Below, piece after piece: positions 8,497-17,001 of a stretch of 64,000 nucleotides of DNA (positions are counted from its first letter, which is position 1; each line of letters starts with the position of its first letter). The notes under the pieces are model-generated. The model did not search any database and was not told the DNA's origin. It was given only the letters and a program-made list of their open reading frames with translations. The stretch is from Atopobiaceae bacterium. GTDB taxonomy: Bacteria > Actinomycetota > Coriobacteriia > Coriobacteriales > Atopobiaceae. The stretch is taken from positions 17,728 through 81,727 of the forward strand of contig JAFWIE010000058.1 of NCBI GenBank assembly GCA_017533825.1, in the 5' to 3' direction. A program made the translations under genes and the position numbers.

Positions 8497-9678
8497 CTAG
8501 CAGTAGCTGTCCCAGAGGGCCTGCCAGGCAGGCATGGAGTCGACGATGGTCTCGTAGCTCACGCAGTAGCCCACGCGCACCCATCCGGGGCAGCCGAACG
8601 AATCGCTGGGGACTGGCAACAGCTCGAAGCTCTTCGCCCGCTCAAAGAACGCGTTGGCGTCTGGCTCGAGCGCCTTCATCCACAGGTAGAACGCGCCCTG
8701 CGGCTCGACGAACTCATAGCCGATCTTTGCCAGGCCTTCGGTGAGTGCCTTGCGGTTGCGGGCGTACGCATCGATGTTGGTCGGCTCGTCCACGCAGTCG
8801 ATGAGAACCCTCTGGAAGAGTGCGGGGGCGCACACGAAGCCCATCTTCCGGCCAGCACCGGCCACGGCAGGCACCAACCGATCATGCTCGGGATTCGTAT
8901 TTGGCACGAGAACCCAGCCAATGCGCTCGCCGGGCAGGCTCAGCGACTTGGAGTACGAGTAGCACACGAGCGTGCGATCGTAGAGGTCGGGCACCCACGG
9001 GACCTCGACATCGTAGGCAATCTCACGGTACGGCTCATCGCTGATAAGGTAGATGGGTTGACCAAGTTCGCCGCCCTTCTTGCGCAGAAGCTCGGCAAGC
9101 TCTGCGAGGTTCTCGCGCGCATACACCGATCCCACGGGATTGTTGGGCGAGTCGATCATTACCGCCTTGGTGAGCGGGGTGATGGCATCCTCGACAGCGG
9201 CAACGTCAATCTGGAACGTCTGGGCGTCCGCCATGACCTCAACGCACTCAGCACCTGCGTTCTGGATAAAGACGGCATACTCGGGGAAGTAGGGCGCGAT
9301 GACAATCACTTGATCGCCCTCGTTGCAAATCGCATTGAGCACGATCGAAATGGATGCGGCGGCGCCACACGTGAGGTAGAGATCATCCGCACCATATGTC
9401 GTACCGAAGCGCCGATTGAGTGAGGCCGCCACGGCATTGCGCGCAGCAGGAAGACCGTTTGCAGGCGTGTAGCCATGCAGGGCAGTGGCGGGAAGGGTCA
9501 GCGCATGGCTTATGGAGTCACGAACGGCATCGGGCGCGGGCACGCTGGGATTGCCCAAGGAGAAATCGTAGACGTTCTCGGCACCAATCTCTGCCTTGCG
9601 GGCCGCACCATAGGCCGCAATCTCGCGAATGCTCGACTTAGAGGCCCCGTAAGCGTAGCTCTGCTCGTTTATGCTCAT
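8497..9678 (-). CDS. Class I/II PLP-dependent aminotransferase (aspartate/aromatic-type)
   Basis: 393-aa ORF with GAGAGGAG RBS. Contains NPSVP, IDSPNNPVG and YSYSKSLSLPGERIGW (PLP lysine motif). Confidence 0.85.
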   Translation of the reverse strand: MSINEQSYAYGASKSSIREIAAYGAARKAEIGAENVYDFSLGNPSVPAPDAVRDSISHALTLPATALHGYTPANGLPAARNAVAASLNRRFGTTYGADDLYLTCGAAASISIVLNAICNEGDQVIVIAPYFPEYAVFIQNAGAECVEVMADAQTFQIDVAAVEDAITPLTKAVMIDSPNNPVGSVYARENLAELAELLRKKGGELGQPIYLISDEPYREIAYDVEVPWVPDLYDRTLVCYSYSKSLSLPGERIGWVLVPNTNPEHDRLVPAVAGAGRKMGFVCAPALFQRVLIDCVDEPTNIDAYARNRKALTEGLAKIGYEFVEPQGAFYLWMKALEPDANAFFERAKSFELLPVPSDSFGCPGWVRVGYCVSYETIVDSMPAWQALWDSYC

Positions 9679-9950
9679 AAAAAGCTCCTCTCGATTGCGT
9701 ATGGCACATTGTAGCGCAGCCCCTGCTCACTTTCCCACAGCGGGAACGCGAACTCCTGAGGTGGAAACGTCGGCAAGGAGGCGATATGTGGATGCGGCGT
9801 GGCAAAGCAATGTAGGGCTTGTGACATTGGGTTTCGTAGTTTAGCGAGCACCCAAAGGGGAGAGAATGAGTGTAGCAGCAAATGACGCGACACGTCATTT
9901 CCCTTCTAGCTTGCGCGAGGCCAGCGTGCAACTTGCCAGAAGACGGCTAC

Positions 9951-9984
9951 AGGCCACCGGGTCCCTCCTTCCGCCCGGTGGCCT
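9951..9984 (-). terminator. Hairpin ending the dlt-associated unit
   Basis: aggccaccggg (9951..9961) pairs with cccggtggcct (9974..9984), immediately downstream of the stop at 10015 on the minus strand. Confidence 0.5.
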
Positions 9985-10014
9985 GTTCCTGTTCAAGCCT
10001 GCTTTCGCTCATCC

Positions 10015-11202
10015 TCAATAGCGATTTGTTTGCCCGTATCCCGCTGAACTACCAGCCGAGCTGCCCGAGCCGCCATACGAATCGTCGTCGTACGAATTTG
10101 CATTGTCGTACGAGTTGGTGTTGCCGTACGTCGAGTCATCAGACGTCGCACCACCGGTCGCATCACCATACGTGGAGTTGCCATACGTCGAGCCTGAGGA
10201 GGAAGAGCCGTAATCGCTCGACCCGTCGCCATCCGAGTAGTCATCGTACCCGTAGCGATCCTCGTCATCGCTACCACCATAGGTATCGTCGTCATACCCC
10301 GAACCGGACTCACTTGAATCGTAGGTGCCCGACGTTCCACCGGTCGACTCCCCGGTATTGTAGCCATAGCCGTTGTCGTCTCCGGCCTCTCCCGTCTCGT
10401 CCTTCTTCTGGATTCGCAGACCTATCGCCTCGGCTGCATCCAAGTTTTGGCCTATGTCATCCACGAGGATGTCGTACCCGGCACGAGCGATCATCCACCC
10501 ATCGACTCCCAAGGAGGGATCGCACACGCTTCCCACACCGTCCAAGTTCGTTACCAGGCACAGTGCGCTTCCGTACTCTTCGCCGCTCGGCATCGAACGG
10601 ACAATCGGCACGGCGATGGCATCCGCGTAACCGAAGTAGCGTAGGCAAAGAGCAAGCACCGACGAGAACTCATAGTAGTCGCCTTGATACCCACCCATAC
10701 CATCATCGCTGGAGAAGTAGTCGCGCGCGGAACGAGCAACCCAGTCGGTACCCATGGGCTTGTCGACGCGATCGAGATACGTGCTCAGGACGATGGCATC
10801 GTACGTCTCCTTGGCAGCCTCTTCGACCTTGGCATCCTCAGGCGTGTGCTCGTCACAAAATGCCTTGATCCACGCATCGAGCTCTTCGTTGCCCACCGTG
10901 AAGCTGCCCGCTTGGTTCCAAGGATCAGCAACGCCCGCATAAGGCGCCGCTTCCTCGATTACCACTCCGTTGGCCTGATCTTCGCCCCTAATGGTGGCTT
11001 GCGCCTCGACTATCGAGTTGTTTGCGTATCGGTAAACGAAGACACCGCCGGCAAGGGCGGCAGCAAGGCATACGATGGGAAGGATACACGCGACAATGTC
11101 ATGCAGTATGGAGCCGCCTCGCTTCTGCTTCTTCTCCACCCGCTCTTCGTCTTCCGTACTGCGCACCGTGCACCTCCCACCCGCAGCGCTGCCCTTGGTC
11201 AT
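10015..11202 (-). CDS. Membrane-anchored transglutaminase-fold paralogue lacking the catalytic Cys and His, with a Tyr/Gly/Ser/Asp-rich tail
   Basis: 395-aa ORF with one N-terminal TM (ILHDIVACILPIVCLAAALAGGVFVY). It aligns without gaps to the neighbouring paralogue, but GDYYEFSS replaces GNCYEFAA and YGSALCLV replaces GDHGLVYV. About the last 120 aa are low complexity (YGYNTGESTGGTSGTYDSSESGSGYDDDTYGG...). Confidence 0.6.
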   Translation of the reverse strand: MTKGSAAGGRCTVRSTEDEERVEKKQKRGGSILHDIVACILPIVCLAAALAGGVFVYRYANNSIVEAQATIRGEDQANGVVIEEAAPYAGVADPWNQAGSFTVGNEELDAWIKAFCDEHTPEDAKVEEAAKETYDAIVLSTYLDRVDKPMGTDWVARSARDYFSSDDGMGGYQGDYYEFSSVLALCLRYFGYADAIAVPIVRSMPSGEEYGSALCLVTNLDGVGSVCDPSLGVDGWMIARAGYDILVDDIGQNLDAAEAIGLRIQKKDETGEAGDDNGYGYNTGESTGGTSGTYDSSESGSGYDDDTYGGSDDEDRYGYDDYSDGDGSSDYGSSSSGSTYGNSTYGDATGGATSDDSTYGNTNSYDNANSYDDDSYGGSGSSAGSSAGYGQTNRY

Positions 11203-11255
11203 TTCTATCCCCGCATGCGCGGGTCCATCATCCGTTCTTGACGCTCTGGATTCAG

Positions 11256-12347
11256 TTAGTCATTCTCCACGTCTTGGATCTGCACGTTGTATGCCGTTTC
11301 CTTAAGCATCCAACCATTGGTCCCCAACGAGGTGTCGCACAGGCTCGGCGTACCGTCTGTATTCGTCACGTATACCAGGCCGTGATCGCCCCAATCGCCA
11401 CTCTTCAGCTCGAGGATGACCGCTTCGGCATGAGCATCTTCCAAGCCAAGGTATTGGAGACAATAGCTGAGAAACGCCGCGAACTCGTAGCAGTTGCCTG
11501 AGCGGTCGTTCTCGTAGTACTGCCGCGCATACTCTATGCGCCAGTCCTTGCCAGCGGGATGCTGAGCATCATCGCGCTCCACGTACTCGGACCAAGCGAC
11601 GCCCTTGTATACCTCGAGGGCAGCGGTATCGATGTCCATATCGGTCGTGGCAATGCCGTCACAGAATTCCTTGACCTCCTCGTCGAGCGTCGCGTCACCC
11701 GTGGTGAACGTGCCCGAAGTAATCCAAGGCGACTTGACGCCGTTGCCGGACTTTGAGTCCTTGCGTGTAGACGTTTCGCTCGACGTCTCTTTCGATGTGG
11801 ATGTGCGCGCGTCAGCAGACGAGTCATCATCCTGCGTCGCGTCACCGGACTGCACCTGGGACGTCCCCTCACCTTCGGCCGAGGAGGCGGCCGCTACCTC
11901 AGCAGCACCCGAGCCAGCGGATCCGCCCACCGACTTCAGAACCAGTGAGCGCGTTACGAACGACGTTATCGCAATGGCAACGACGAACGCCACGAGCGTA
12001 GGGATGACCGGAAGACCCTGCCTGACGTCTGCCGGCCGAGAAGAGCGGGTGTCTCGCTCCCCTTCCCTGGTACGCGGCGTGGGACGAGCAGGCTCCACAC
12101 CCACCGCGCGATTCGCCGTGGAACTACGTCGCGGCGTCGCCGACCGGTCCGTCGCCTTTGTCCCAGAGGCAGCGGCAGCCTGTCCCCTTGTCGCGCCTGT
12201 GCTCTGAGCGCGTCGCCGCGTCGGCTGTTGACGCCTCACGCCCTCGTCGCGCGCTTGAGGACGATTGGACGAACCACCACGTCTGATTCGCGAACTGTCA
12301 ACGGACGCGGTACGACGCCGCCTTCCGTCCTCTGTAGCGTTGCTCAT
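11256..12347 (-). CDS. Membrane-anchored transglutaminase-like cysteine peptidase-fold protein with an Arg-rich cytoplasmic N-terminus
   Basis: 363-aa ORF. The N-terminal ~110 aa are R/S/T-rich, followed by a TM (LPVIPTLVAFVVAIAITSFV). The C-terminal domain has GNCYEFAAF .. GDHGLVYV .. LCDTSLG, which resembles a Cys-His-Asp transglutaminase-core triad. Confidence 0.6.
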   Translation of the reverse strand: MSNATEDGRRRRTASVDSSRIRRGGSSNRPQARDEGVRRQQPTRRRAQSTGATRGQAAAASGTKATDRSATPRRSSTANRAVGVEPARPTPRTREGERDTRSSRPADVRQGLPVIPTLVAFVVAIAITSFVTRSLVLKSVGGSAGSGAAEVAAASSAEGEGTSQVQSGDATQDDDSSADARTSTSKETSSETSTRKDSKSGNGVKSPWITSGTFTTGDATLDEEVKEFCDGIATTDMDIDTAALEVYKGVAWSEYVERDDAQHPAGKDWRIEYARQYYENDRSGNCYEFAAFLSYCLQYLGLEDAHAEAVILELKSGDWGDHGLVYVTNTDGTPSLCDTSLGTNGWMLKETAYNVQIQDVEND

Positions 12348-12360
12348 TCCTCACACCTAC

Positions 12361-12537
12361 CTAGAACTGGTTATAGATAAACTCCGCCGAGGACCCGAAT
12401 CCCGAGAACGTGACAAAGAGAAAGGTGGTCACGAGGGCCGCAGCCACCGACGCACCCACCACCACACATGCCAATGCGGGATGCTCGCCCATCCACGCGT
12501 CGTAGCGATCGCGCAGTGTCTTTTTTCTCTTACGCAC
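12361..12537 (-). CDS. dltX: DltX-like small membrane protein (58 aa), missing from the ORF track
   Basis: Manual translation gives (GTG)VRKRKKTLRDRYDAWMGEHPALACVVVGASVAAALVTTFLFVTFSGFGSSAEFIYNQF*. GGAGG lies about 8 nt upstream. It has a single TM and the C-terminal FIYNxF motif characteristic of DltX. It sits 43 nt after the dltD stop. Confidence 0.7.
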   Translation of the reverse strand: MRKRKKTLRDRYDAWMGEHPALACVVVGASVAAALVTTFLFVTFSGFGSSAEFIYNQF

Positions 12538-12580
12538 CAATTCCCCTCCTCGAGGACCACCGACAAGGCGTTCCGTCTCT

Positions 12581-13744
12581 CTATGTTACCCCTTGGGCAA
12601 ATTCGTATATCGCCCGCTCCGCATCAATCCACCCCGTCCATCCAAAGTGGACAATGTCAAAGAGGAAGTAGCGCTCATACTCCCGATCGCTGAAGTCGGC
12701 CAACCGTGCGCCGGGATGCGCAAGCACCACATCGCGAATGCGCTGGTATGCCGCTGCGCGCGTCTCCGCGGATATGCCGATGTGGTCGTAGTATGGTCCC
12801 ATGCTGGGCTCTATGACCACGAGCGGCTGGACGCCGCACTCAGCACACACATCCATGAAGCAGGCGAGGTCATCGTATTCGGGCGTGTCGGTATAGGTCT
12901 CTTCCGCCCGGGCACCCTGCAACTTGTCGAGCACGGGCGCGAGCTCCGTCTTCCAGAACTCATCCTCCGCGCCCCACTCGTTGGTCGTGCTCCGTCGCAT
13001 CGCCTCGCTCAGCGCCTCGTTCCTAAGGGCATCCCAGTCCGGTGCCACCACATCACCTTGAGCGCGGGCGATGCCCCGGGACCGCACGTCAATGAGTTGC
13101 CCACGCAGGCGCAAATCATCGATGAGGGAGAGCACGCACCCGTCGATGCTGGCCAACGGATCGTCTCCGGACGCAGCACGCAATGTGGCTTCGTCAATCC
13201 CTTGTTCTGCAAGGCGCCTGCGCACATACGCACGCGTCTCGGCGTCGATGCGTTCGTTCTTGCAAAAGGCCCGATACAGCGTGTAGGAGAATCTCTCGCC
13301 AAAGGACGCGTTGTCCAAGCCACCATCCGTGTACTCGCCCAGACTCACTACGAGCACCACCTTGTTGCGCGGCAGACCTCCATCCGCGAGGGCTCCCAGA
13401 GCGATGGCATGCCAGAGCGCCTGGTCGAACGCCTCCCCCACCAACATAGGCCGTACGCCATAGTTCGTGGTACCAAACACCTGCGCCGGCACCTGGGCGA
13501 CCGTCGACGCTGGCGTGGAGAACTCAGACGAACCCAGCATGAGCAGGGAGTCCTCGGGAAGGTTTGCGCGCACGAAGTCCACGCTCGAGGACTTTGCACC
13601 AGAATACACATAGCCGTAATCGACGAGCGTATCCGTCGCTTCCTGCTTCGGCAGCAAGAGACACGTTGCCACCACAACGCAGGCGGCAACTGCAACGCCG
13701 CACCCAAGCGCGGCAAGTCTCCTATGCAAGGTGTGTGCTTTCAC
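12581..13744 (-). CDS. dltD: D-alanyl-lipoteichoic acid biosynthesis protein DltD
   Basis: 387-aa ORF with a GTG start after AGGAGAC. N-terminal anchor, the LGSSEF serine motif, and its position after dltC. Confidence 0.85.
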   Translation of the reverse strand: MKAHTLHRRLAALGCGVAVAACVVVATCLLLPKQEATDTLVDYGYVYSGAKSSSVDFVRANLPEDSLLMLGSSEFSTPASTVAQVPAQVFGTTNYGVRPMLVGEAFDQALWHAIALGALADGGLPRNKVVLVVSLGEYTDGGLDNASFGERFSYTLYRAFCKNERIDAETRAYVRRRLAEQGIDEATLRAASGDDPLASIDGCVLSLIDDLRLRGQLIDVRSRGIARAQGDVVAPDWDALRNEALSEAMRRSTTNEWGAEDEFWKTELAPVLDKLQGARAEETYTDTPEYDDLACFMDVCAECGVQPLVVIEPSMGPYYDHIGISAETRAAAYQRIRDVVLAHPGARLADFSDREYERYFLFDIVHFGWTGWIDAERAIYEFAQGVT

Positions 13745-13751
13745 GTGTCTC

Positions 13752-13991
13752 CTAGAGGCGCTCGCTCACGCGCGCAATGATCTTGTTGACCGTGTTCATC
13801 TCGCTCCGATCGAGCTCGGTAGGAGCGATCGATACACCGAACTCGTCCTTGATGGCCACGAGCAGCTCGATTGCTGCCATCGAATCAAGAATCTCCTCCT
13901 CGAAGAGATCGATGTCGCGCTCGTCCGCAACTTCGTCCTCACCCGAAATTTCCACTACGAGGTCCACAATCTGCTCTGCTATGTCTGCCAT
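13752..13991 (-). CDS. dltC: D-alanyl carrier protein
   Basis: ORF 13752..14015. The start MADIAEQ at 13991 follows GAGGAGG. Contains the LDSM phosphopantetheine serine motif. Confidence 0.85.
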   Translation of the reverse strand: MADIAEQIVDLVVEISGEDEVADERDIDLFEEEILDSMAAIELLVAIKDEFGVSIAPTELDRSEMNTVNKIIARVSERL

Positions 13992-14027
13992 GTCGTTCCT
14001 CCTCAACAAACGCAAACGATTGACACC

Positions 14028-15215
14028 TTATCCGAGCAAAGGCGTCACCACATATCCCCCAAACAGGGCAAAGCCAAAGAATACCGCCACCATGGTAACC
14101 GCCCATGAAGCAACCATGAACCACCTATCGCGGCGATGTGCCTTATAGAACTTCCACTTCTTCTGCATCGCATGACAACCGGCAAGCAACAGGCCGTGAT
14201 ACAGACCATATACGAGGTAATCCGGCGTGATGCCATGCCAGGCACCCATCAGGACCATGTTGAGCATGAAGCCGACGCACGCACAGGTCAGACGCGACTT
14301 GAACAGCTTATGCGAGATGGCGAACTGAGAAAAGCGCATGAACACAAAGTCGCGCAGCCACGTCGAGAGCGATATGTGCCAACGGTCCCAGAATTCCTTG
14401 ATGTCCGTGGCCACGAATGGCGCACGAAAGTTGCGCGGTACCTCGACTCCCAGCACGAGACCCAAGCCCATGGCCATGTCCGAATACCCGGCAAAGTCAA
14501 AGAAGAGGTCCATCCCGTAACCAAAGACGGTGACCAGCCAGCCGAGTACGCCACCTCCGACCACAACGGGAACGAACCACATGAACCACTGTGCGAGCGC
14601 AGCGCCGACGAACTTATACAAGGCGCCGAGGACGAACCAACCAAGTCCCCGATACAGTCGATCCAGGTACCCATCACGCGAGAGCGGCGTACGCACGTCC
14701 TGCACATAGGCACGGCTGCGCATGATGGGTCCCGAGGTGAACGTGGGAAAGAAGCTCAGGAACCCCAAGTACTCAAGGTACGTCATGTCGGTGATGAGTC
14801 CGTCATGCACCTCGAGGAGCACCTGCACGGCCTTGAACGTGATGTACGAGATGCCGAGGAAGCCGGGAAAATCCGGCCTCACGAGCACACCCACCTTATA
14901 CGCCACAAGCGGAAGCAGTTGCACCCCAACCAGCACACCATACGGCAGCGAGCGCATGCCATGCGGCGCGTCCTCGGAACGGCTTGAATCCTCCCGGGAC
15001 CAAAGCGCCACCCCATACAACGCGACCGATACCGCTAGGTACACCGCGGCATATATGAGCGTTCCCGGTGTCCTGAAGAACAACAGGAACAGCATGACCA
15101 CCGAGACAACGAGCGAATACCGCTTAAGCGGCCGCTCAAGCACTCCCATCACGCACGCAATGATAGCTATGGGTGCGCATAACACAAAGAATGCGGGCTC
15201 AACGTAGAAGTCCAT
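14028..15215 (-). CDS. dltB: MBOAT-family D-alanyl transfer protein DltB
   Basis: 395-aa polytopic ORF containing WDRWHISLSTWLRDFVF (MBOAT histidine region), located between dltA and dltC. Confidence 0.9.
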   Translation of the reverse strand: MDFYVEPAFFVLCAPIAIIACVMGVLERPLKRYSLVVSVVMLFLLFFRTPGTLIYAAVYLAVSVALYGVALWSREDSSRSEDAPHGMRSLPYGVLVGVQLLPLVAYKVGVLVRPDFPGFLGISYITFKAVQVLLEVHDGLITDMTYLEYLGFLSFFPTFTSGPIMRSRAYVQDVRTPLSRDGYLDRLYRGLGWFVLGALYKFVGAALAQWFMWFVPVVVGGGVLGWLVTVFGYGMDLFFDFAGYSDMAMGLGLVLGVEVPRNFRAPFVATDIKEFWDRWHISLSTWLRDFVFMRFSQFAISHKLFKSRLTCACVGFMLNMVLMGAWHGITPDYLVYGLYHGLLLAGCHAMQKKWKFYKAHRRDRWFMVASWAVTMVAVFFGFALFGGYVVTPLLG

Positions 15216-15224
15216 ATGGTTTGC

Positions 15225-16799
15225 CTAGGCGTCAATGAGGTCGGCAAGTGCCTTGCGATCTGCCTTTCCATTGCTGTTGAGCGGCATCTCGTCAAGATAC
15301 TTGAACGTGCGAGGAATCATGTACGATGGCAACATGTCGCGCACCTGCGCCTTGATCTGTCGCGTCAGACGCAAACCACGTTCGGCAGCGTCCCCAGCGG
15401 GGACCACGAAGGCGGTGAGGTGGTGAATGGCACCCCCACGTCGAACGGGCAGGACACATGCCATGTGTACGAGCGGCGTCGCGCACAAGGTCGCCTCAAT
15501 ATCGCCCAGCTCGATGCGGTAGCCATGCAGCTTTATCTGAAGGTCGAGTCTGCCGTGGAAGTAATACAGCCCATCAGCCTCACGCGTTACCTCGTCGCCC
15601 GTACGATACGATCGTCGTCCGCGCGCGAGGTGTTCCGGGCATCGTCCAAACGCGACCTCCGTCAGGTCGGGCCTGCCATAGTACCCCTTCGCAACCGTGT
15701 TGCCTGCCACGAATAGCTCTCCGGGCTTGCCGTCAGGCACCTCTTCCAGCGTCTCAGGGTCGAGCACCACGAGGTCGGACCACTTCTTGGCATAGCCAAT
15801 CGGCAAGGCCACGTCATCCGCAAGCATCTCGTCGGTTATCTCGCACAGCGTGATAAGGTCGGTCGACTCAGTGGGACCATACCCGTTGTAGACATGCAAT
15901 CCGGGGAAGCGCCGCTTCACCTCGCGCACCGTCGCCGGTCGCAGCGTCTCTCCTGCCAAGAGCATGCGCTTGAGATGCGGCATGAGCGTGGCATTATATT
16001 TGTCGTCGGCAAGGCATTGCTCGACGAAGCTCGGCGTGGAGACCCAGTCGGTCGCGTCGCAGGTGGCAAGCACCTCGAAGGTCGTTCCCAGACTTGCGTC
16101 CGCCTCCTTCTCGAGGGCGAAGGTCGTGTCGCCTCGCGTGGTGCCACACACCAAGTCAGTGATGCTCACATCGAAGGAATAGGGGGTGCGGTTGAACCAG
16201 ATGCGGGGCCCGTCCTCCTCGAATACGTAGTCGCTCATCATCCAACGCGAGAACTCGTCCACGCATTCGGTGGTAATCTCGACGCCCTTGGGGTCACCCG
16301 TCGAACCCGAGGTGAACAGTATGTAGAAGGTGCGTGTCGCATCGGTGCCGGGTAGCGCTGCCACCTCGTCCTCACAGGGCGTGGAGGTGCAGATCTCCGT
16401 AAGCTCAGCGATGGAAAGCAGTCGGGCATCTCCCGCCCCACTCTTGCCACTGCCTGAGGCAGTGGTGTCGATGAGGAGCGTATTGCCAGTCTGAGCAACG
16501 ATGCGCGCCACGCGCTCGGGCGGATACACCGTGTCTACCGGCGCGTACGCATGGCCGGACTTGGCGCACGCCAGCATCGAGACCAACATGTACGGCGACT
16601 TGTGTCCGTAGATCACCACCGGTACACCCGAGTCCACATGCGTGGAATCGGCCAGCCAACAGGCAAGCGCATTCGACCGCGCACGCAGCTCGGCATACGT
16701 AATCTGCTCTCCGCGACTATTGCAGAAGGCTACTCGATCGGGGTTTTGGAGCGCTTGTGCGTCGATGGCGTCGACAAGCTCACTACCAGTCATGCGCAT
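15225..16799 (-). CDS. dltA: D-alanine--D-alanyl carrier protein ligase
   Basis: 524-aa adenylation enzyme with FTSGSTGDPKGV, GYGPTE, YRTGD and GKADRK. Confidence 0.9.
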   Translation of the reverse strand: MRMTGSELVDAIDAQALQNPDRVAFCNSRGEQITYAELRARSNALACWLADSTHVDSGVPVVIYGHKSPYMLVSMLACAKSGHAYAPVDTVYPPERVARIVAQTGNTLLIDTTASGSGKSGAGDARLLSIAELTEICTSTPCEDEVAALPGTDATRTFYILFTSGSTGDPKGVEITTECVDEFSRWMMSDYVFEEDGPRIWFNRTPYSFDVSITDLVCGTTRGDTTFALEKEADASLGTTFEVLATCDATDWVSTPSFVEQCLADDKYNATLMPHLKRMLLAGETLRPATVREVKRRFPGLHVYNGYGPTESTDLITLCEITDEMLADDVALPIGYAKKWSDLVVLDPETLEEVPDGKPGELFVAGNTVAKGYYGRPDLTEVAFGRCPEHLARGRRSYRTGDEVTREADGLYYFHGRLDLQIKLHGYRIELGDIEATLCATPLVHMACVLPVRRGGAIHHLTAFVVPAGDAAERGLRLTRQIKAQVRDMLPSYMIPRTFKYLDEMPLNSNGKADRKALADLIDA

Positions 16800-16801
16800 C
16801 C

Positions 16802-16951
16802 CTAGTCATCGTTGACGACGGGCATGTCCTCGCCGTAGCAATTGTCCTGCTCTTCCTTCTGGCCGCCGCCACAGCCGGCAAGCCCGAGCGTGGCAAACGC
16901 CAAGGTAATGGCCAGTATCATCGAAAGGAACTTGCGCGTACGGTTGTTCAT
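16802..16951 (-). CDS. 49-aa lipoprotein micro-ORF translationally coupled to dltA
   Basis: Manual translation gives MNNRTRKFLSMILAITLAFATLGLAGCGGGQKEEQDNCYGEDMPVVNDD*. It has a basic n-region, a hydrophobic core and an LAGC lipobox. GGAG lies 7 nt upstream. The stop is 2 nt before the dltA ATG. It is below the ORF-track length cutoff. Confidence 0.6.
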   Translation of the reverse strand: MNNRTRKFLSMILAITLAFATLGLAGCGGGQKEEQDNCYGEDMPVVNDD

Positions 16952-16987
16952 GATTGCTCCGTTTCTCGTTCTGTACGTGAGTTAGTC

Positions 16988-16996
16988 ATATTACCA
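16988..16996 (-). promoter_or_regulatory. Candidate extended -10 promoter element (TGGTAATAT) for the dlt unit
   Basis: The minus strand reads TGGTAATAT between the ftsH stop (17002) and the lipoprotein micro-ORF. No hairpin terminator lies between ftsH and this site. Confidence 0.35.
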
Positions 16997-17001
16997 TAAG
17001 C

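Noticed and set aside
9882-10868. 328-aa plus-strand ORF rich in R/S/H/P/T
   Set aside because: It is the antisense reading of the Tyr/Gly/Ser/Asp low-complexity tail and body of 10015..11202, and its start lies in the upstream terminator region.
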